Positions 15,466 to 29,834 of a stretch of 64,000 nucleotides of DNA are shown here, piece by piece. How positions within the stretch are numbered: the stretch's first letter is position 1; each line of letters begins with the position of its first letter. A program made the position numbers and the translations under genes. This DNA comes from Hormiphora californensis. Its lineage: Eukaryota > Animalia > Ctenophora. The stretch lies in NCBI GenBank assembly GCA_020137815.1, contig CM035351.1, forward strand, positions 992,001 to 1,056,000. Reading direction: 5' to 3'. The notes below the pieces were generated by a model. That model was given only the letters and a program-made list of their open reading frames with translations. It searched no databases and was not told the origin of the DNA.

Positions 15466-17770
15466 GAGAGACAAGAGCCCTTATTTGTGTCTTAACAAGA
15501 GTCTGCCAATGAACTACTGCAACGTAACGAACGAGTAATGAAATAGAATTCTAGCTCTGTGACTTGTTGGCTCCTTTAGCAACACTTTAGGCAAATACAG
15601 TTTCCCAAAAATTGATTAAATTCGCATTTACCAAAGTTTTGGTCGATTGGCCAGAGTGTAGCTGTATTATTGTGAGACTCTCCAGCCCGAGAGAACATTC
15701 CTTTGTACACTGTGCTTTCATGTGTGCATAAATGGGTATTTGATACTTCTTTAAGTTGCATTTTAGTGAAGGAAGATCCACTTATTGGTGTCTGAACAAG
15801 CAAAGTGAACCACACTGCAACGTTAATAACACGATATGAATAGAATTTCTGCTCTGTGGACTTGTTAGTGCGTCCTTTATCGAAACACGTAATTGCACCA
15901 GTGCAAAGTTTCCTCCCAAATTTGAATTCAAATTCGAAATTCCAGAGTTTTGGGTCGGATATTGGCCAGATGTAGCTGTATTTATGATTATACGAGGCAG
16001 GCTCGAGAGACCAGTTAGCAGTGTTAACTTGGGAGTTCATGTGATGTCTAGAATGGGAGGGTATTTGGTATCGGATTTTAAGAATTGCATTTTTGTGAAG
16101 AAAGAGCCCTTATTGGTGTCTGAGACAAGACAAAGTAAACGACTGCACCGTAACGAACGAGTAATAATAGACTTCTGGCTCTGTGACTTGTTAGTGCTCC
16201 TTTATCAACACGTATGGCAAAATACAAAAGTTTCCCAAATTGGGGAAATTGGGATTTCGAAATTCCAAAGTTTTGGGTCGATATGGCCACGAAATGTAGC
16301 TGTAATATTTAGGATGAGACTAGGCCAGGCTCGGAGACCAGTTCAGTGGTAACTGGGAGTTATGGTGGTGCTAGAAATGGGTATTTGGAGACTGATTTAA
16401 GTTGCATTTTAGTGGAGAGAAAGCGCCCTTATTGGTGTCAGAGACCAGCAAAGTGCAACGAACTGCAAACGTACGAACGCTAATGAATAGACTTCTTTCT
16501 GCTCTGTGACTTGTAGTGCTCTTTATCGAAACAAAGTAATGGCAAGTACAAATTTTCCCAAATTGAAGTGTAAATTGCGAAATTCCAAAGGTATTTTTGG
16601 TCATATTGCCAAGAATGTAGCTGTAATTTAGTGATGATACTAGGCCAGGCTCGAGATACGTTCAGTGGTTAACTGGGAGTTATGTGTGCTATAAATTGTT
16701 ATTTTAGACGGATAAGCAGTTGGCATTTTAGTGAAGAGAAGAGCCCTTATGGTGTCTGAGACACAGCAAAGTGAAACGAACTGCAGCGTAACGAACGAGT
16801 AATGAATGAATTCCTGCTTCTGTGACTTGTTCTTGCTCCTTTATCAAACACGTAATGGCAAAGTACAAAGTTTCCCAAATTGAATTAAATGCTAAATTCC
16901 AAAAAGTTTTTGGGTCGATAATTGGCCAAGAAGTACTGTAATTTAGTGATGATACTAGGCCAGGCTCGTAGACAGTTTTCAGTGGTAACTGGAGTTCCAT
17001 GTGTTCTAGAAATGGTTATTTGAGACGAGAATTTAAAGTCAGTGGGCATTTTAGTGAGAGAAACGCCCTTCTTGGTGGTCTGAGACAATCAACGTGACAC
17101 GAACTTCCACGTAAACGAACGAGTAATGAATAGATTCTGCTCTGTACTTGTTAGTGCTCCTTTATCAAACACTTTAATTGGCACAGTACAATGTTTCCCA
17201 AATTGCTTAAATGCGCGAATTCCAAATTTTTAGGGTCGATATTTGGCCAAAATGTAGCTGTAATTTAGTTATGTATACTAGCCCAGGCCAGCCCGAGAGA
17301 CATTTCCGTGTGGTAACTTGGAGTTCATGTGGCGAAATGGGTATTTTGAGACGGATTTCAGTTGCAATTTTAGTTGAGATGAATATCCCTTATTGGTGTC
17401 TTGGAGACAAAGCAAAAGTGAAACGAACGCAACGTAACGAACTGGTCATGACTACATTCTGCTCTGGACTTGTTCGGGCTCCTTTATTCAAAAACCCTAA
17501 TGGCAAGTAACACAGTTTCCCAAATTGAATTCAAAACATGCGAAATCCAAAGTTTTGGTCGATATTGGCCAAGAAATTAGCTGTACTTTGATGATAGACT
17601 AGGCCCAGGCCCTAGAGCAAGACATTCAGGTGTTAACTGTGAGTTCAATGTGGTGCTAGAAATGGGTATTTGAGGACGCGATTTAACAGCTTGCATTCTA
17701 AGTGAGAGGAAGAGCCCTATATTTGTGTCTGAGAAAGCAAAGTGAACCGAACTTGCAACGTACGAACGGA
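15466..17770. repeat. ~320-bp tandem satellite, about 7 diverged or error-rich units
   Basis: Motif gagac..caaagtgaa.cgaactgca.cgtaacgaacgagtaat recurs at ~15790, 16122, 16441, 16759, 17082, 17404, 17730. Confidence 0.9.
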
Positions 17771-19030
17771 GTCCTGTCGACAATTTTGCTGTAATATTGA
17801 TTTCATACCCCCTGTTGCTATGGTACTAATAACTCCTGTTCTACTAACGGTACCATGTTCTTTACCAGGATCCCCTGCCAACCCAACTCCCTTGCTCATC
17901 TATCGAACATGCTAAACTGGGCTCAGCCTTGGTGCGCTCCAATGCTCAAAACACCAGTGCTGCAATCCTCTTACTGGGGGTAGGTCATCATTATTGTTAA
18001 CTTTTTTTATGATTTTGAATCTGTTGGTATTGGAGTCTGGTTTATATATTATTGACCGCCCATCTAAACCCAATCCTCCTGTTTTAGATCCACATCAGCG
18101 TCTGAGGCTCACGAGAAGGACCATACGCGCGGGACAACACGGGCTTACGCTCCCTGTATCTTCTACACCCACCGACTTCTTTCCCAGCCAGTGATGGATG
18201 GAGAGTTGATGAAGGCGTAAACCCGAGGAAAGACAGAGAGACCTAATCATCATACATACCATCCCTTCTATCCTCCTCGAACGCAGAAATTACCAACGCG
18301 AGAATGTTGCGGACCTATAGAGCCCGGGGCGGGTCAAAAATATCATGAGATTGCGTCGGCGAGATGCTAGATTATAGATACCCACACACCTTATATTCAT
18401 CATTTTGTGAGATTATGTATCGGGGACTTATATAGGTACCACTGCTTGCTTTGGCATAATAAATCCCTAGTACTACTACTAACTGCAACTACTGCACTGG
18501 CTGCACTCCACAAAAAGGGCGATATATTGGCGAATTTCTAATTAGTTATTGGTTGTTCCCTAATTTTCACTTGGCGTATACTTTTTGCGACAATTAATTT
18601 ATGTTTAATTATGAGTATTATTGGCACAGGGGTGGTCAATCCCACACACTGCTGGTAACACGTTTTAGGTATTTTAAAAAAAACGAAGTGCTTATCTGGA
18701 GGGATGGGAATTTGAAAACCCCCAGGAAAATCCTTACCTTTGTTTTACATAGATATGTTTTGTATTCCACAGGGGCTGGGGGGGAGTTTCAAGTCAAATA
18801 GTTAAATTAATCTTCCCCCCCTCCCTCCAACTAGCATTTTAGATATTATCATTTCCCTGGAGCTAAATAGAAATAGGTCGTACATCATACATAATGTTGT
18901 GACACACTCCATATGTTCGGTCATAATTGTGTTTTTTACACAACTCTCAATGAGAAAATACACCCACTATACGAATATTCATTAAATCAGACTCATACTT
19001 CTATGTAATTTATTTTGTTAGCTCCTATTT

Positions 19031-19146
19031 TAGGAACCGACCAAACAAGTAACAAACGGAAACCAATCAGAAACTCGTTATTTAGGTCATACTGACTGGT
19101 TATCACCAATCAGGGACCCGTATTCCGGATTCGGGTCCGGTTCCTG
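19031..19146. mobile_element. ~115-bp MITE with aggaaccg/cggttcct termini
   Basis: Short TIRs; absent at the homologous site ~5995 in copy 1; imperfect ~8-bp flanking duplication. Confidence 0.6.
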
Positions 19147-19655
19147 TCATATTTATAAATCGCCGGCGCGGTCGAGCACAAAATGCCCCGTCAGAGATAT
19201 CGAGATGCTTTTGGAAATGTTCAATATGCGTTCTTTGCCAGGCCAGCAATTGTTTAATTGTGGTGGACCCCTTGCTGTTTGAACACCTACAAGACCTCAA
19301 TATAACACGAGATAAGATATATCTAGGTTGTTCTTTTACTAATAATTGTGCAAATGAGAATTGTTGACCGTCCATTTTTCCACAGCAGGACACAGCACTT
19401 ACTGTATTTGTATGTTTGTGGCGGTGTTCTTCATGCTTCTTCAATACCACACCTTTACTATTAATCAATAACCGAGTTTCCATGTCTTTTTATCTGGTAC
19501 AACGAAATGACAAAAAAGGACGGCCAACATCAAAGTAGAAGCGGTCGCGAAGATTTTGAAACTGCACCGCTTTGCTGCACCGCGCTAAATCTTTTTATTT
19601 GGCTTGACGAAAATTTAACGCGCGGCGCAACTTTTTAGTTGGATCTAATAGGGAT

Positions 19656-19953
19656 TAGGGATCCCTAAAAAAGTTCAGTATTTACACACGCGTTTTAACA
19701 CAGTCTTTACACAGTCGTTACAACACCCGAGCGCCCGCGCCGCTCTGGGTGTAAGACTGCGTCTTTCGCACTCATTTGCAGCGTTTTTCGTCGGAACTTT
19801 TTTCGCCGCCGCTCAATTTACTCAATTTTGCAGCACACATCCCAATATTTTCTTAGAAAAAAGCCGCAAAACGCGCACGCAGCCGCTCTGGTGTAATGCT
19901 GTGTAAAGAATGTGTAAACGCTGTGTAAATACTGAACTTTTTTAGGGATCCCT
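19656..19953. mobile_element. ~295-bp MITE with tagggatccctaaaaaagttcagtatttacac TIRs
   Basis: Long TIRs; absent at the homologous site ~6932 in copy 1; same family at 57907-58482. Confidence 0.85.
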
Positions 19954-22900
19954 ATCGCGAAACTCATATCACGTTTTGATCTTTATTTTAAACTTCAGTT
20001 TTTCCAATTTTCCAAATCTCGAGTCCGTCACGCGTGCGGTTTACAGGCCTTAGGCGTCCCTCTGCCATGTAACCTTCACTTCCGGTTATTAGTGTTATCT
20101 CTTTGACTCCGTTCCCACTAAAATGTCCTCAAGAAGTCGCGAAGAATATTGAGCAACAGCGATCATACCTTCAAGACCTCCCCATAATTCTACGGGCTGC
20201 CGGAAAAAGTTTTCAGATGCAAATGTGCGTACCGAAACGACAACGAAAAGTTGATACCCGAAGCAAATAATAAGGAGGGGAGTTGGTGAGCAACAGTCAG
20301 GCGCTCCAGAGTTCTATTCAAAATAAAGAACGATGCTCTCACTCGAATGAGTGAGACTTGTCAAACTTGAAGCTGAACTTAAAGCGTAAAGCAGTCTCAT
20401 TCTGAACCGAAAGATTCGTTTACAATGTGTCAGACAGAGCTTCGAAACACTGGTCCAAGATCTAGAGCGTATTTAGAAGTTCCCAGAAAGATCTCATAAC
20501 CATTCAGGCGGCATACTGGAAATGCCTAGAGACAAGCGATCGAGGATCTCTTAAATGCACTAAATATGTCAACCAGTATAGTAACTCAGGTCAGATAAAG
20601 AAAACTGTGAGTTACAACTGAGGAGAAGGACGCGAAAGTGCACGGTTAAACAAGTCCTCAAATCTTCCAAGACATCATTCCAAAGACCGTGTTATAAAGA
20701 AGTCAGAGCTACAGCAGCTGGCCCGTATTTATCCTTGCTCAAAGACCACTTAACAAACACCCCGGTTTAAGTCCTATAATTCGATCCTCTCAATAGAAAT
20801 GGGGGGTTGTGCGGCCTCCAAAAAAGCACCAGGGTAGCTAAGCGTGTCTTATGTGTACCAGTCGATTTGGTGGGTTTTAAGTGGGGTTTTCTTTGCACAT
20901 GAAACTGTGAATGTAATATATTCAGAATGTATCTTTTTCAACTTTTTATTCTTTTGTTATGCAGCATTATATTATGAGCCAGGACTTTTTTCACCAATCC
21001 CTGCATTTTGTACCCTTTTAACCACCCCAATTCCTTCCTAACAAACTCTCCCTCCTAGGGATGAAGGGCGCGGTTAACCGACACACAACAATCCTGTATC
21101 AATACAACCTACCTCAAGGGACCTGCATGAGGCTCCGTGCCCAAGAATAGGTCCCCTCTCCACTCATTCCCGGAGTAACAACCCCCGTGGTTTATACGGC
21201 TTCCCCCCCTCGGTCCTGGCCGGTCCAGTTTTGGCGGATAAGGACATAAAGGCGGGAAGTGAAACACTGATATGAAGTTCTACGCTTGATGGAAAAGTGA
21301 ACAGGGTGTCTCAATTATGGGGAATACAAGGTATAGGAAGGGATGCCAGTGAACCCAGTTGGTTGGACGGGATCAAGGGAAGGGGTCTTCTTGGGAAGTG
21401 GGACCCCAATCACTGCGGGTGCTGATCCCCGTGGTCACAGATGGAAACGGGACGATAAGGGTCCCTGTGAAAGTGTTCTGGTAAAAGCGTCCTTGGAGTT
21501 CGTGGGGATAAGCGGCGGGATCGGGCGAGTGGGCCATTCCTGGGGGTATGGTGGATGCGGAGACTCGTTAGTGCACCTTGCGAAGAGTTTGGGGAAGAAG
21601 CTTTGGCCGCCCTAGATTGCCTAAAGCGGACAGGAACGAGTAATGAAACTCACAACAGCTCGTCGCTGGGTCGGGGGACGACTCTGTACCGAGGCTAACG
21701 ACGTGGACGACCCCAGGAACACTGATAACGCCTGGATGGAAACTGTTGCTGTGAACTTCCACGATGCCTCTGAGAATCTGTTTCTTCTTTTAACTGAAGC
21801 TGGTGATGATGCCGGGCTGTTAGCTGGATATCAATCGACATCGATAAGCTGTCTGCAACCATGTACAATTTATTTAGGCTGCTGCGGTAACCATAATAAG
21901 GTCTCACTGGTAGTCCATCAAATCTGACAAGAAAACCATGTGTTTTGCTGCAATTATTAATGTCCTTGCAATCTATCTATCACACAGAAAAGGTTTGGTG
22001 TAGTTTTAATTTTTGTGTGTTATTTAACAAGAAAGATTATAATGTTTTAAGCACAGTTTAATGTATCTCTTTTATCAGATCACACACACTAATGTAATAA
22101 CGTGTTTGCGTTTCTATCTAGTTGGGCGTTGTTGGGTGTCTCTATGTATTCCTTGTTGCTTCCTTCCAGAATACAGTGTATCCGTTTTCCTGTGGTGTGG
22201 TAAGAGTAAGGGGTCTTATTATTACAGTAATTGAATAGACCCACCTCCATTTATAATGAATGTGTAAATGTTCAAATCATCGTTGTAAATATAATGTTCT
22301 ATCGTATCAGATTCATTTCAAGTGTTTTTATTTGACCCCAAATTGGTTCGTTTCGTTCTTAATTTCCTTCCTTCTTCCCTCATTTTCCCTCTCTTAAGCC
22401 CAGTCTCACCCATATCAAAAGGATTCTCTTTCTATCCAATCTCTTTTCAAACCATTCTCAATTATTCCACCTCTAACGAACTCAAGATATCCGTAGTGGA
22501 CCGTCTGCTCATGTCCCTACACTCCAGGTGCCTAACTTCGCCCTACGGGTTACGGCAAGGCGAAGAGGATCCCGGTTTCCAGATTCCAAGGTCCCCTGGT
22601 CTGTTTCCTACCCCGAATACTCTCACCTGCCCTCTATACCATCCCCCTAGTTGCCGCTGGTCTCGGTTGGGCTGAACCCAGAGAAAGGACTTCAAGTTCA
22701 TCTCTCATGGAGGACGGTAGGCGTTCCGTGCTGGGTGAGTACCAGGTTGAGGATGGGATGCAGTGAACCCAGTTGGTAGGACAGGTCAAGGGAATGGGTC
22801 TGCTTGGGAGTGGGACCCAATCACGCTGCTGACCTGTGGGTAACCAGATGGAAAACGGGACGAGAAGGGTGCTCCGTGAAAGTGTCTGGTAAAGGCTTCC

Positions 22901-23931
22901 GGATGCGATGGGGGATGACGCGGCGGGATACGGGCGAGGGGCCAATCCTGGGGGTATGGTTGACGCTTGGAGACTCCTGTTTCGTGTCACCCTGCGAAAG
23001 AGTTTTGGGGAAAAGCTTTGGGCGCCTAGATATGCCTAAGCGGAGCAGGAACGATTAATGAAAACTCACAAAACAGCTCTTCTCTGGTCCTGGTACGACT
23101 CTTTAGCGAGGCTAACGTGGACGACCCATGAACACTGATCACAGGCCTGGATGGAACTGTAAAGCAGTGAACTTCCACGATTACTTCTGGGGATCTCTTT
23201 TCTATTTCTCTCTTCATTTAACTGAGGCTGGTGATGATGCCGGGCTGTTAGCTGGATCACCCGCTAATAGCACACTCCCCATGTACGCTAGTCACCAACT
23301 TGTAAAATGTGCTGTTGAGAAACTGGGGAGTGTGATTTGGTAGAAGAATACCGCTGAGAGGAGAGAGAGAGGAATGAGACGGGCGAGAGAGAGAGAAAGA
23401 GAGAGATAGAGACAGAGAGAGGAGAGAGAGAGAGAGAGTAGAGGATTGAGTGGTTTGTTTTTCCTACTAATGTAGTGACCCCCCGGATAACGCTGGAATA
23501 AAATAAACACTAAAAATAGAACCAAATCCAGTGAGCTCTGTTCTCTTTGTGCCTTTCCGCTTTCCGTGGGTTGTTTCTATTCTTTGCGTTTTCTTTTTCT
23601 CGTATTTGTATACTTATTTCTTGGGCATCTGTGTGGGTTTGTGTTGTAGTAGTTTAGAGTGTTTATTTATCGTTTGAAGTGTGTACTGTTTTTACCTGTA
23701 AATTTCCGGAAATTTGCCCAACAACTTACTTACTTGGCCCGATAACCTCTGTTTCAATCTGTTCTACCCTATCTCTCTGATATATTTCGTCTGTCCCCTC
23801 TAAGATCTTTCTCTCTTTTTCACTTTTTTCTGACCTCTCTTTCTCTATCTTCTTTTGCTCCTCTCATCTCTCTCTCACTCTCGCTCGCTTCTCTCTCTCT
23901 CTCTCTCTATCTCTTTTCTCATCTCATCTCT

Positions 23932-23971
<40 letters not shown>

Positions 23972-24091
23972 CTCCTCGATCTCCTCTCTCTCTCTCCTCC
24001 TCTCTCTCTCTCTCTCTCTCACTTGTTCTGCTCACACTTTCCACGACTCATATCATCTCTATTTTTCTCCTCCGTTTGTTTTTAGTTTGGT

Positions 24092-27085
24092 ATGAATCTG
24101 GCACTGTTGCCGGGGTCTGCCGACGTTGTTGCCACGGGACTTTACTTTGTCACATTTAACCAAGACGCCACGTCTCTGGCTGTGGGGACATACACCGATA
24201 TCGGCTGTTTACCTTAAATGGACATGACAAATTCGATCAGACTTACGAGTTTACAGGTTCGTTTTGTGTCACACTCTGTTTTTATGTTTAAAGAAAGGCC
24301 GCACAGACTTTATAATTTGGAGGTGTTGAAGAGACAATGGTAGATATCGCCAGTTTTGAGTAGTTATTAGAAACAAAGAGAGGAAATAGAGAGAGAGAGA
24401 GTGATAGGGAGAATGTGGGTGTTCCGGCGAGGATGAAAGAGAGCCGGAGAGGAGAGAAGAGAGAGAGGAGAGAGGTGAGAGAGAGATTGGAGAGATATAA
24501 TGAGTACTTCCTTCAAACACACCGAGATACACCATGTGCCCACCATGTGTGTTTACTGTAATTTGTGTGTTTGTTTGTGTGTGAAATATGTCCATGTTTT
24601 ATCCCAACCTTCCGTTCCCTCTCTTCCCCTATACAGTATACATTATACCTTGCCTTGCTGCCCCCCTGCCTTGCCCCACCTTCTCTCACCGCAAATGCGG
24701 ATTGTAACATCAGGGACCAGTTACAAAATTGAAACCTGGTATAAGTGTTCAATGAAAAACTAGTTCAAAGTTTCTCCTTTGGAGTGCTGATTGCGCTACT
24801 TTCATCAATTCAATCGATCACGTGATCGAAAATGTCAACTCGTGGTAGGGTTCACCCAGGAGGTGGTGTGCCCAGTTTGTCAAGAACTGATGTCCGTTTT
24901 AATTTTGTACCTGTAGCGTAAACATCCTATACCACCCCTCTCACTCCTATAATACCACGTCACCCCTTTCACCCCCCTCATTACTCCAGGTGAGGATGTA
25001 TGCATTGTGGAGCGACTCTTCTCCTCCTCTCTCATCGCTATGGTATCACTATCAGCACCCAGGAAACTGAAAGTCTGCCACTTCAAAAAGGGAACAGAGA
25101 TATGCAACCACTGCTACCCCAATACTATCCTGTCTGTGAGACTAAATAGAGCGAGGTTGTTAGTGGTACTTGAGGAGATCATTGTATATTCACAATATAA
25201 AGGATATGAAGGTGAGTTAGTTCAGTTGTCTAATGTAATTGTCTTGTATCACAATTCTCAAAGTTCATTTTCATCGAATGGAAGATAGGCATTGGCATTA
25301 TATTGTTCGGAACGCCCCTAGATGATTGAATACAGTCGTTATTAGTTTCATGTAGTTTACCCTAATCCCCTGCATCGCGATGACACGCAATTTATCAGCT
25401 CGAACATGAGTTGTTGTATTTCCGGTTACCATGGAAAAACAACAACCATCACAACCACGTACATCTTTGTATATGTGGCTATCATCCATTCTTCAGAACT
25501 ATATCTTTAGCAGCTTCAGACCTTCCTATCTTGTTCTCAGAAAAGAGTTAAATCACAGAGATTTTAAATCTACTGTCTTCCGATTACGTCACTGCATCTA
25601 AGAAACAAACAAACAAACAAACAAACAACAACACTATACACAATAATGCATTATACATGTACAATAACACATTATACATGTTCACATATTCAACTGGCAG
25701 TGTATTGATGGTGGCCACATTGCAGTACAATTTAGCATATTATAATGTCTCCAGTTACACACACACAGCCCACATCAAAACTATTCCACCTCTTCATCGC
25801 TCTTTCTTTCTTGTTTACAGTTTCCGTTTATTATATAGCTGTGTAACACGCACGACCAATGCTTTTATCTAGTCTCTCTTGTCTCCTCTATACCTAACTG
25901 TTTCTTTCTTCAATCTTCCCACGATGTTTTCCTAAGTGGTATGCTACTTTAACAAGCTGGTAATATCGGCTGATAATTATAACAACCTCTCTTCTTGAAG
26001 TATATGGCTGTCACTTGTGTCACATGAAATTAGAATCATTATTAACCAGGACTATATATATTATAATCGGTATTCTCGACTTTATACATGTGTGCCTGGG
26101 CCAATTATACTAGACCCGTTGGTACCCTGCCTTTGTAAAAATGTAAAACTTCCAAGAGCTCTTTCTTTGTGCTATGCACGTAGAAAGGAGGGGGTTTTAG
26201 GCTACTAAATCACATCCACTTCCTACACCTGCCCCCTCCCTCCTCCTTCCAGGTACTCCACAACATACGAGACAGCCTCCACCCTAGAAGGAATTTTACT
26301 CTCTCTACAACGTGATAAACTCATACCCTCCATACCCTGGAGTCAGGACAAATCGGCGAAGTCCAAGTATTTGAACACCCTCAATCTTGACGCATGACGA
26401 CATGGGATAGCACCCATGACACCCCCCCTCGCCGCTCTTCATCATTCACTCCTCGGGCTCCCTCCTTGCCAGTCTAGTGAGAAGTGGCTACCTTAATCAG
26501 GATTTCAGTATACCAAGGTGGAACCAAGTTTCAACTGAGACGTGTGTTAAAAGGTGTGCTTGCTATTACTCTCTGAATTTAGGCCCTGATGACCGTGTAA
26601 TGTCCGCAATCACGTACACACACGAGACAATCCCATCTTTAAACTGGCATGTATGGTGGTGGGACAATCACTGTGGCGGCAGCGGCTGAGGGTGCCGCGC
26701 CACTCACCCCCTGAGTCCCATCCTGGGGTCAATCACCTTGGACGCCTTGTCAGCACAGCTTAGTTTACCTCCCTCCCAGATGACGATCCGTCCTTCACCC
26801 CAAGGGAGGTCATTCGCACATGTTAGTTACCGACAAGCGGGCCTCCGGTCACTATGCGCCTGACAAAACAACAGGGAACTGCTAGTGGCCAGTTCTGACT
26901 CCTATCTCTACGTCTATAACATTGACCAAAGGAGGGCGGGGAGTGTGTTTTGTCGAACAACACTGTATGCTTGCTGCCAGTGATCCCAGTGAGGATTCCC
27001 TACCCACTTCGTCTGTAGAGCAACCCTCAAACAGAGCCAAGGAGCGGAGAGGACCGCCTTCATATTCAAAAACAACTACTACTAT
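24092..27085 (+). CDS. WIPI2: WIPI2/ATG18, duplicate copy with frameshifts (probably sequence errors)
   Basis: ATG 24092 [32 protein letters not shown]; exon ~24990-25211 largely readable; last exon degraded. Confidence 0.8.
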
Positions 27086-28212
27086 TGTCCGTGTGCGTGT
27101 GGGATAAATTTAAAACCGGGGATTTATGCCACTGCAAGGGTATGACCCTGACCTGACTGCAATATATCTCTTTTGAGAGAAAATTCAAACTCATGATTAT
27201 GTTATAAAAGACTCTGTAGACTGAGATAGAAAGAGAGCGAGTTATTAAACGGCCATTGTTCAGCCTGATTACACTGGAAATGGTCTAAACCAGAAAGCAG
27301 CCGAGTAATCTTTTTGGTATGTTCTATACTATGTGTGTTAGGATATAGTTTTTCGAATACAATATATAATATTATATTGATTTATTGTAGCAAGAGAGAG
27401 AGAGAGGTGTCTCGCCGGTTTGTATACAAAGGGGTCTATATATTGAATTTATTTCCTGTTATGCAGTATGTGAATTTAAATACAGTTTGTCTGCCAATTA
27501 TCTTGTTATTTTTAGACTCCAAGAATGAGTGCGACTTGACAATAATACCATCTGAGCCACATCCGGTTATTACCACAAGGTCGTCCTTCCCTGTCGCTGT
27601 TTGTTGGTTACATCATTACCAGTGATGCGCGACTAGCAAATTCCGGGCGCGGTTTAACTGAAAGTGGAAGGTGTCAGCACTATTGGCACGCGCAATAAAA
27701 TATGCGCAATTTACCAAAGTTGATGAACGCCGCCGCGCGCGAATTGCCAGTCATTTTCAAATTCACAAAATTCATCTTTTTGATTTCCAGCGCAAGATTT
27801 TAACTTTTTTAAATGAAAAAAATTCGTCTGGGCTCTGGTTTCGAAATCCACTGCCCTATCCCCCTGTTTGTGCTTGTGTGCACCTTTCAGTGGGCTCTCC
27901 GTCGTATTGGCCGCCCAAAGCTTTTCCACAAATCCAAAAAGCATTCAATGGCTGCGGACTGCTGTCTTAGACGTCGTGACAACGCTTAATGCGGCGGCCA
28001 ATATACGAACACCACTGTTTGAAGTGTTATCTACGCTAAAGATTAAATACTTACCTTTGATTAAATTTAAGTGTGTTTGCTTAGCGCAGTCCATGGCGTT
28101 CGGCAATAAAACAATAAGCCACTACCGTCCTTCTGAATCCAAGTAGCACAAAAGAGAGATAGAGAGAACAACCAAACTAACACTCATGTTGTTTAGGTAT
28201 TGTGGCGTTTTC

Positions 28213-28900
28213 ATGAAATTGGTTGAGTTTCTCTCTTCTCCCAAAAATCAAGACCATCCCACACCATCCTCTGTTGAAAGATTCATCCGTACTGGCTTTG
28301 TAAAGGATCTTGATAACGAGGCAGGTCGGCTAACACTTGAGACAAACGGGCCGATTCACGAGGTCGAGGGCAAGCTAAAGTCTGTTTATGACAATGTAAA
28401 GTTGGTTGGGATTAGTAGTACTGCTGCGATTAAAGGAGCTGCAGTAGCCATTGTTGGCGGTATTGGTACTAAAGGTGTCATCCGCTTGGTACAAGATGAA
28501 GATTCTGTCTGTGTCGATGGAACCGTGTCTGGCCTGGAGCCAGGTCGATACCAGGTTTCTGTCAACGAATTTGGTGACATTTCGAATGCATGTCTTTCAA
28601 CCGGACCCATCCTGTCTTCAGTGGACAAAGTAGACCAAGGAATTTTGGGTCTAATCGAAGCAGACGGTTCAGCGGGTGAAACGAGGTTTTTCTCTGAAAG
28701 TCAGAAGCTTGACATTTCTGATTGTATTGGTCGATCACTTGTACTTCAATCGGTTGAAGGTTCAAAAAGGTGGCGTGTGGAATTATAGGTCGGTCACCGG
28801 GGTCGCTGCTCAGAATTCCAAGAGGATCTGTGCGTGTGATGGAAAGGTTATTTGGGAGGAACAGGTGTTTGGACCCTATGCAGTTGCCCCTCCGACATAG
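28213..28900 (+). CDS. CCS: Copper chaperone for SOD1, complete intronless copy with small frameshifts near 28770-28810
   Basis: SOD-like domain (NEFGDISNACLSTGP, DISDCIGRSLV, ACGIIGRS) and domain III NSKRICACDGKVIWEE. Confidence 0.9.
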
Positions 28901-29143
28901 TAGAGTCAGTCCTAGGTGGTGGAGTGGAGTTTTCCCTTCTACAGAGGGGAGGGAGTTGCTGCTCCACAGAAGTTTTATATTTGACAGTGCTGGATACTGA
29001 ATTGAGTGATATATTGTATTTTCCTTTAAAACCTAGATATTTCAGAAAGTCTCTCTCGAGTGTTATGTTTACGAGTATTTTACAACCCTAACCCCCTTCT
29101 CTCTCACACTTTAGCCCAATCACCATGTAAACTCAGCAGAGAC

Positions 29144-29693
29144 ATGACGGCTACTCCCTCCTCATCCAATGAGGAAAATAAGAACCCAATTCTGGAGAAA
29201 CGTCATAAGATCCGTGTAGCGAAACTTGTTTTTGCAGCTGGAATCGGAACTATCGGACTTCTTGCTGGCTTTAAAATGGGGTATAGCAGCTCGAAAAAGA
29301 AGTACGGCATGTCGGTCCGAGTCAATGGGGTGGGGGTTGAACCCCGTGAAACTTGCTAGCAGGGCCCTCAAGAAAGCAACCCTTATCACAGTTTCATGTT
29401 TTATGGTTTGGTATAGGGGTGTGGCTCTTGCCAGCGGGTTGTACTCCTCAAGATTGGAAGAACTTTTCGAGAAGGAAGTGGAGAGAGAAGAGCAGGGAGA
29501 TTTACAATCAGAGCAGGGTGTTTTGAAACAGAATATAGACTCGATTGAAAGTGATATTGCTATGTTAGAGAGTGACCAGAGTTCAGAAGTTTTGGTTGAT
29601 AAGGCACAGACACTTGATGGAAATAATTTTTTTATACTTAATAAATTTGTTAGCTCGTTTCTAATAACTAGTCCTTACCCTTACTTGCCCTAA
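29144..29693 (+). CDS. TMEM242-like small membrane protein (frameshift ~29343; 3' end uncertain)
   Basis: GIGTIGLLAGFKMGYSSSKKK followed, in another frame, by PVKLASRALKKATLITVSCF; resembles remembered TMEM242 (GMLAGF..AKKK..LALRAL). Confidence 0.55.
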
Positions 29694-29834
29694 CTATACC
29701 CCCTGTATCTAGCCATGTTTCTTATTCCCTGCTCCCTGCTTCCCCCATTTCCCTATTCACTATTCCCTTCTCTCCCTTTTCTCCCTACCCCCCCCCCGGG
29801 CCCCCTAAATGTCTCCCTCCATGATAGCTGTGCG

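Larger units (their letters stand above)
17785..28570 (+). other. Second, indel-rich copy of ~4780-15365 (GATAD2 3' end, SPATA24-like, NUDT9 A/B, WIPI2, CCS); likely uncollapsed haplotype or raw long-read sequence
   Basis: Colinear similarity throughout, with dense scattered 1-2 nt indels breaking nearly every ORF; adjacent to the gap. Confidence 0.9.

Noticed and set aside
17785-28200. Apparent cluster of pseudogenes (SPATA24, NUDT9 x2, WIPI2)
   Set aside because: Indel pattern fits sequencing error in an uncollapsed haplotype better than evolutionary decay.
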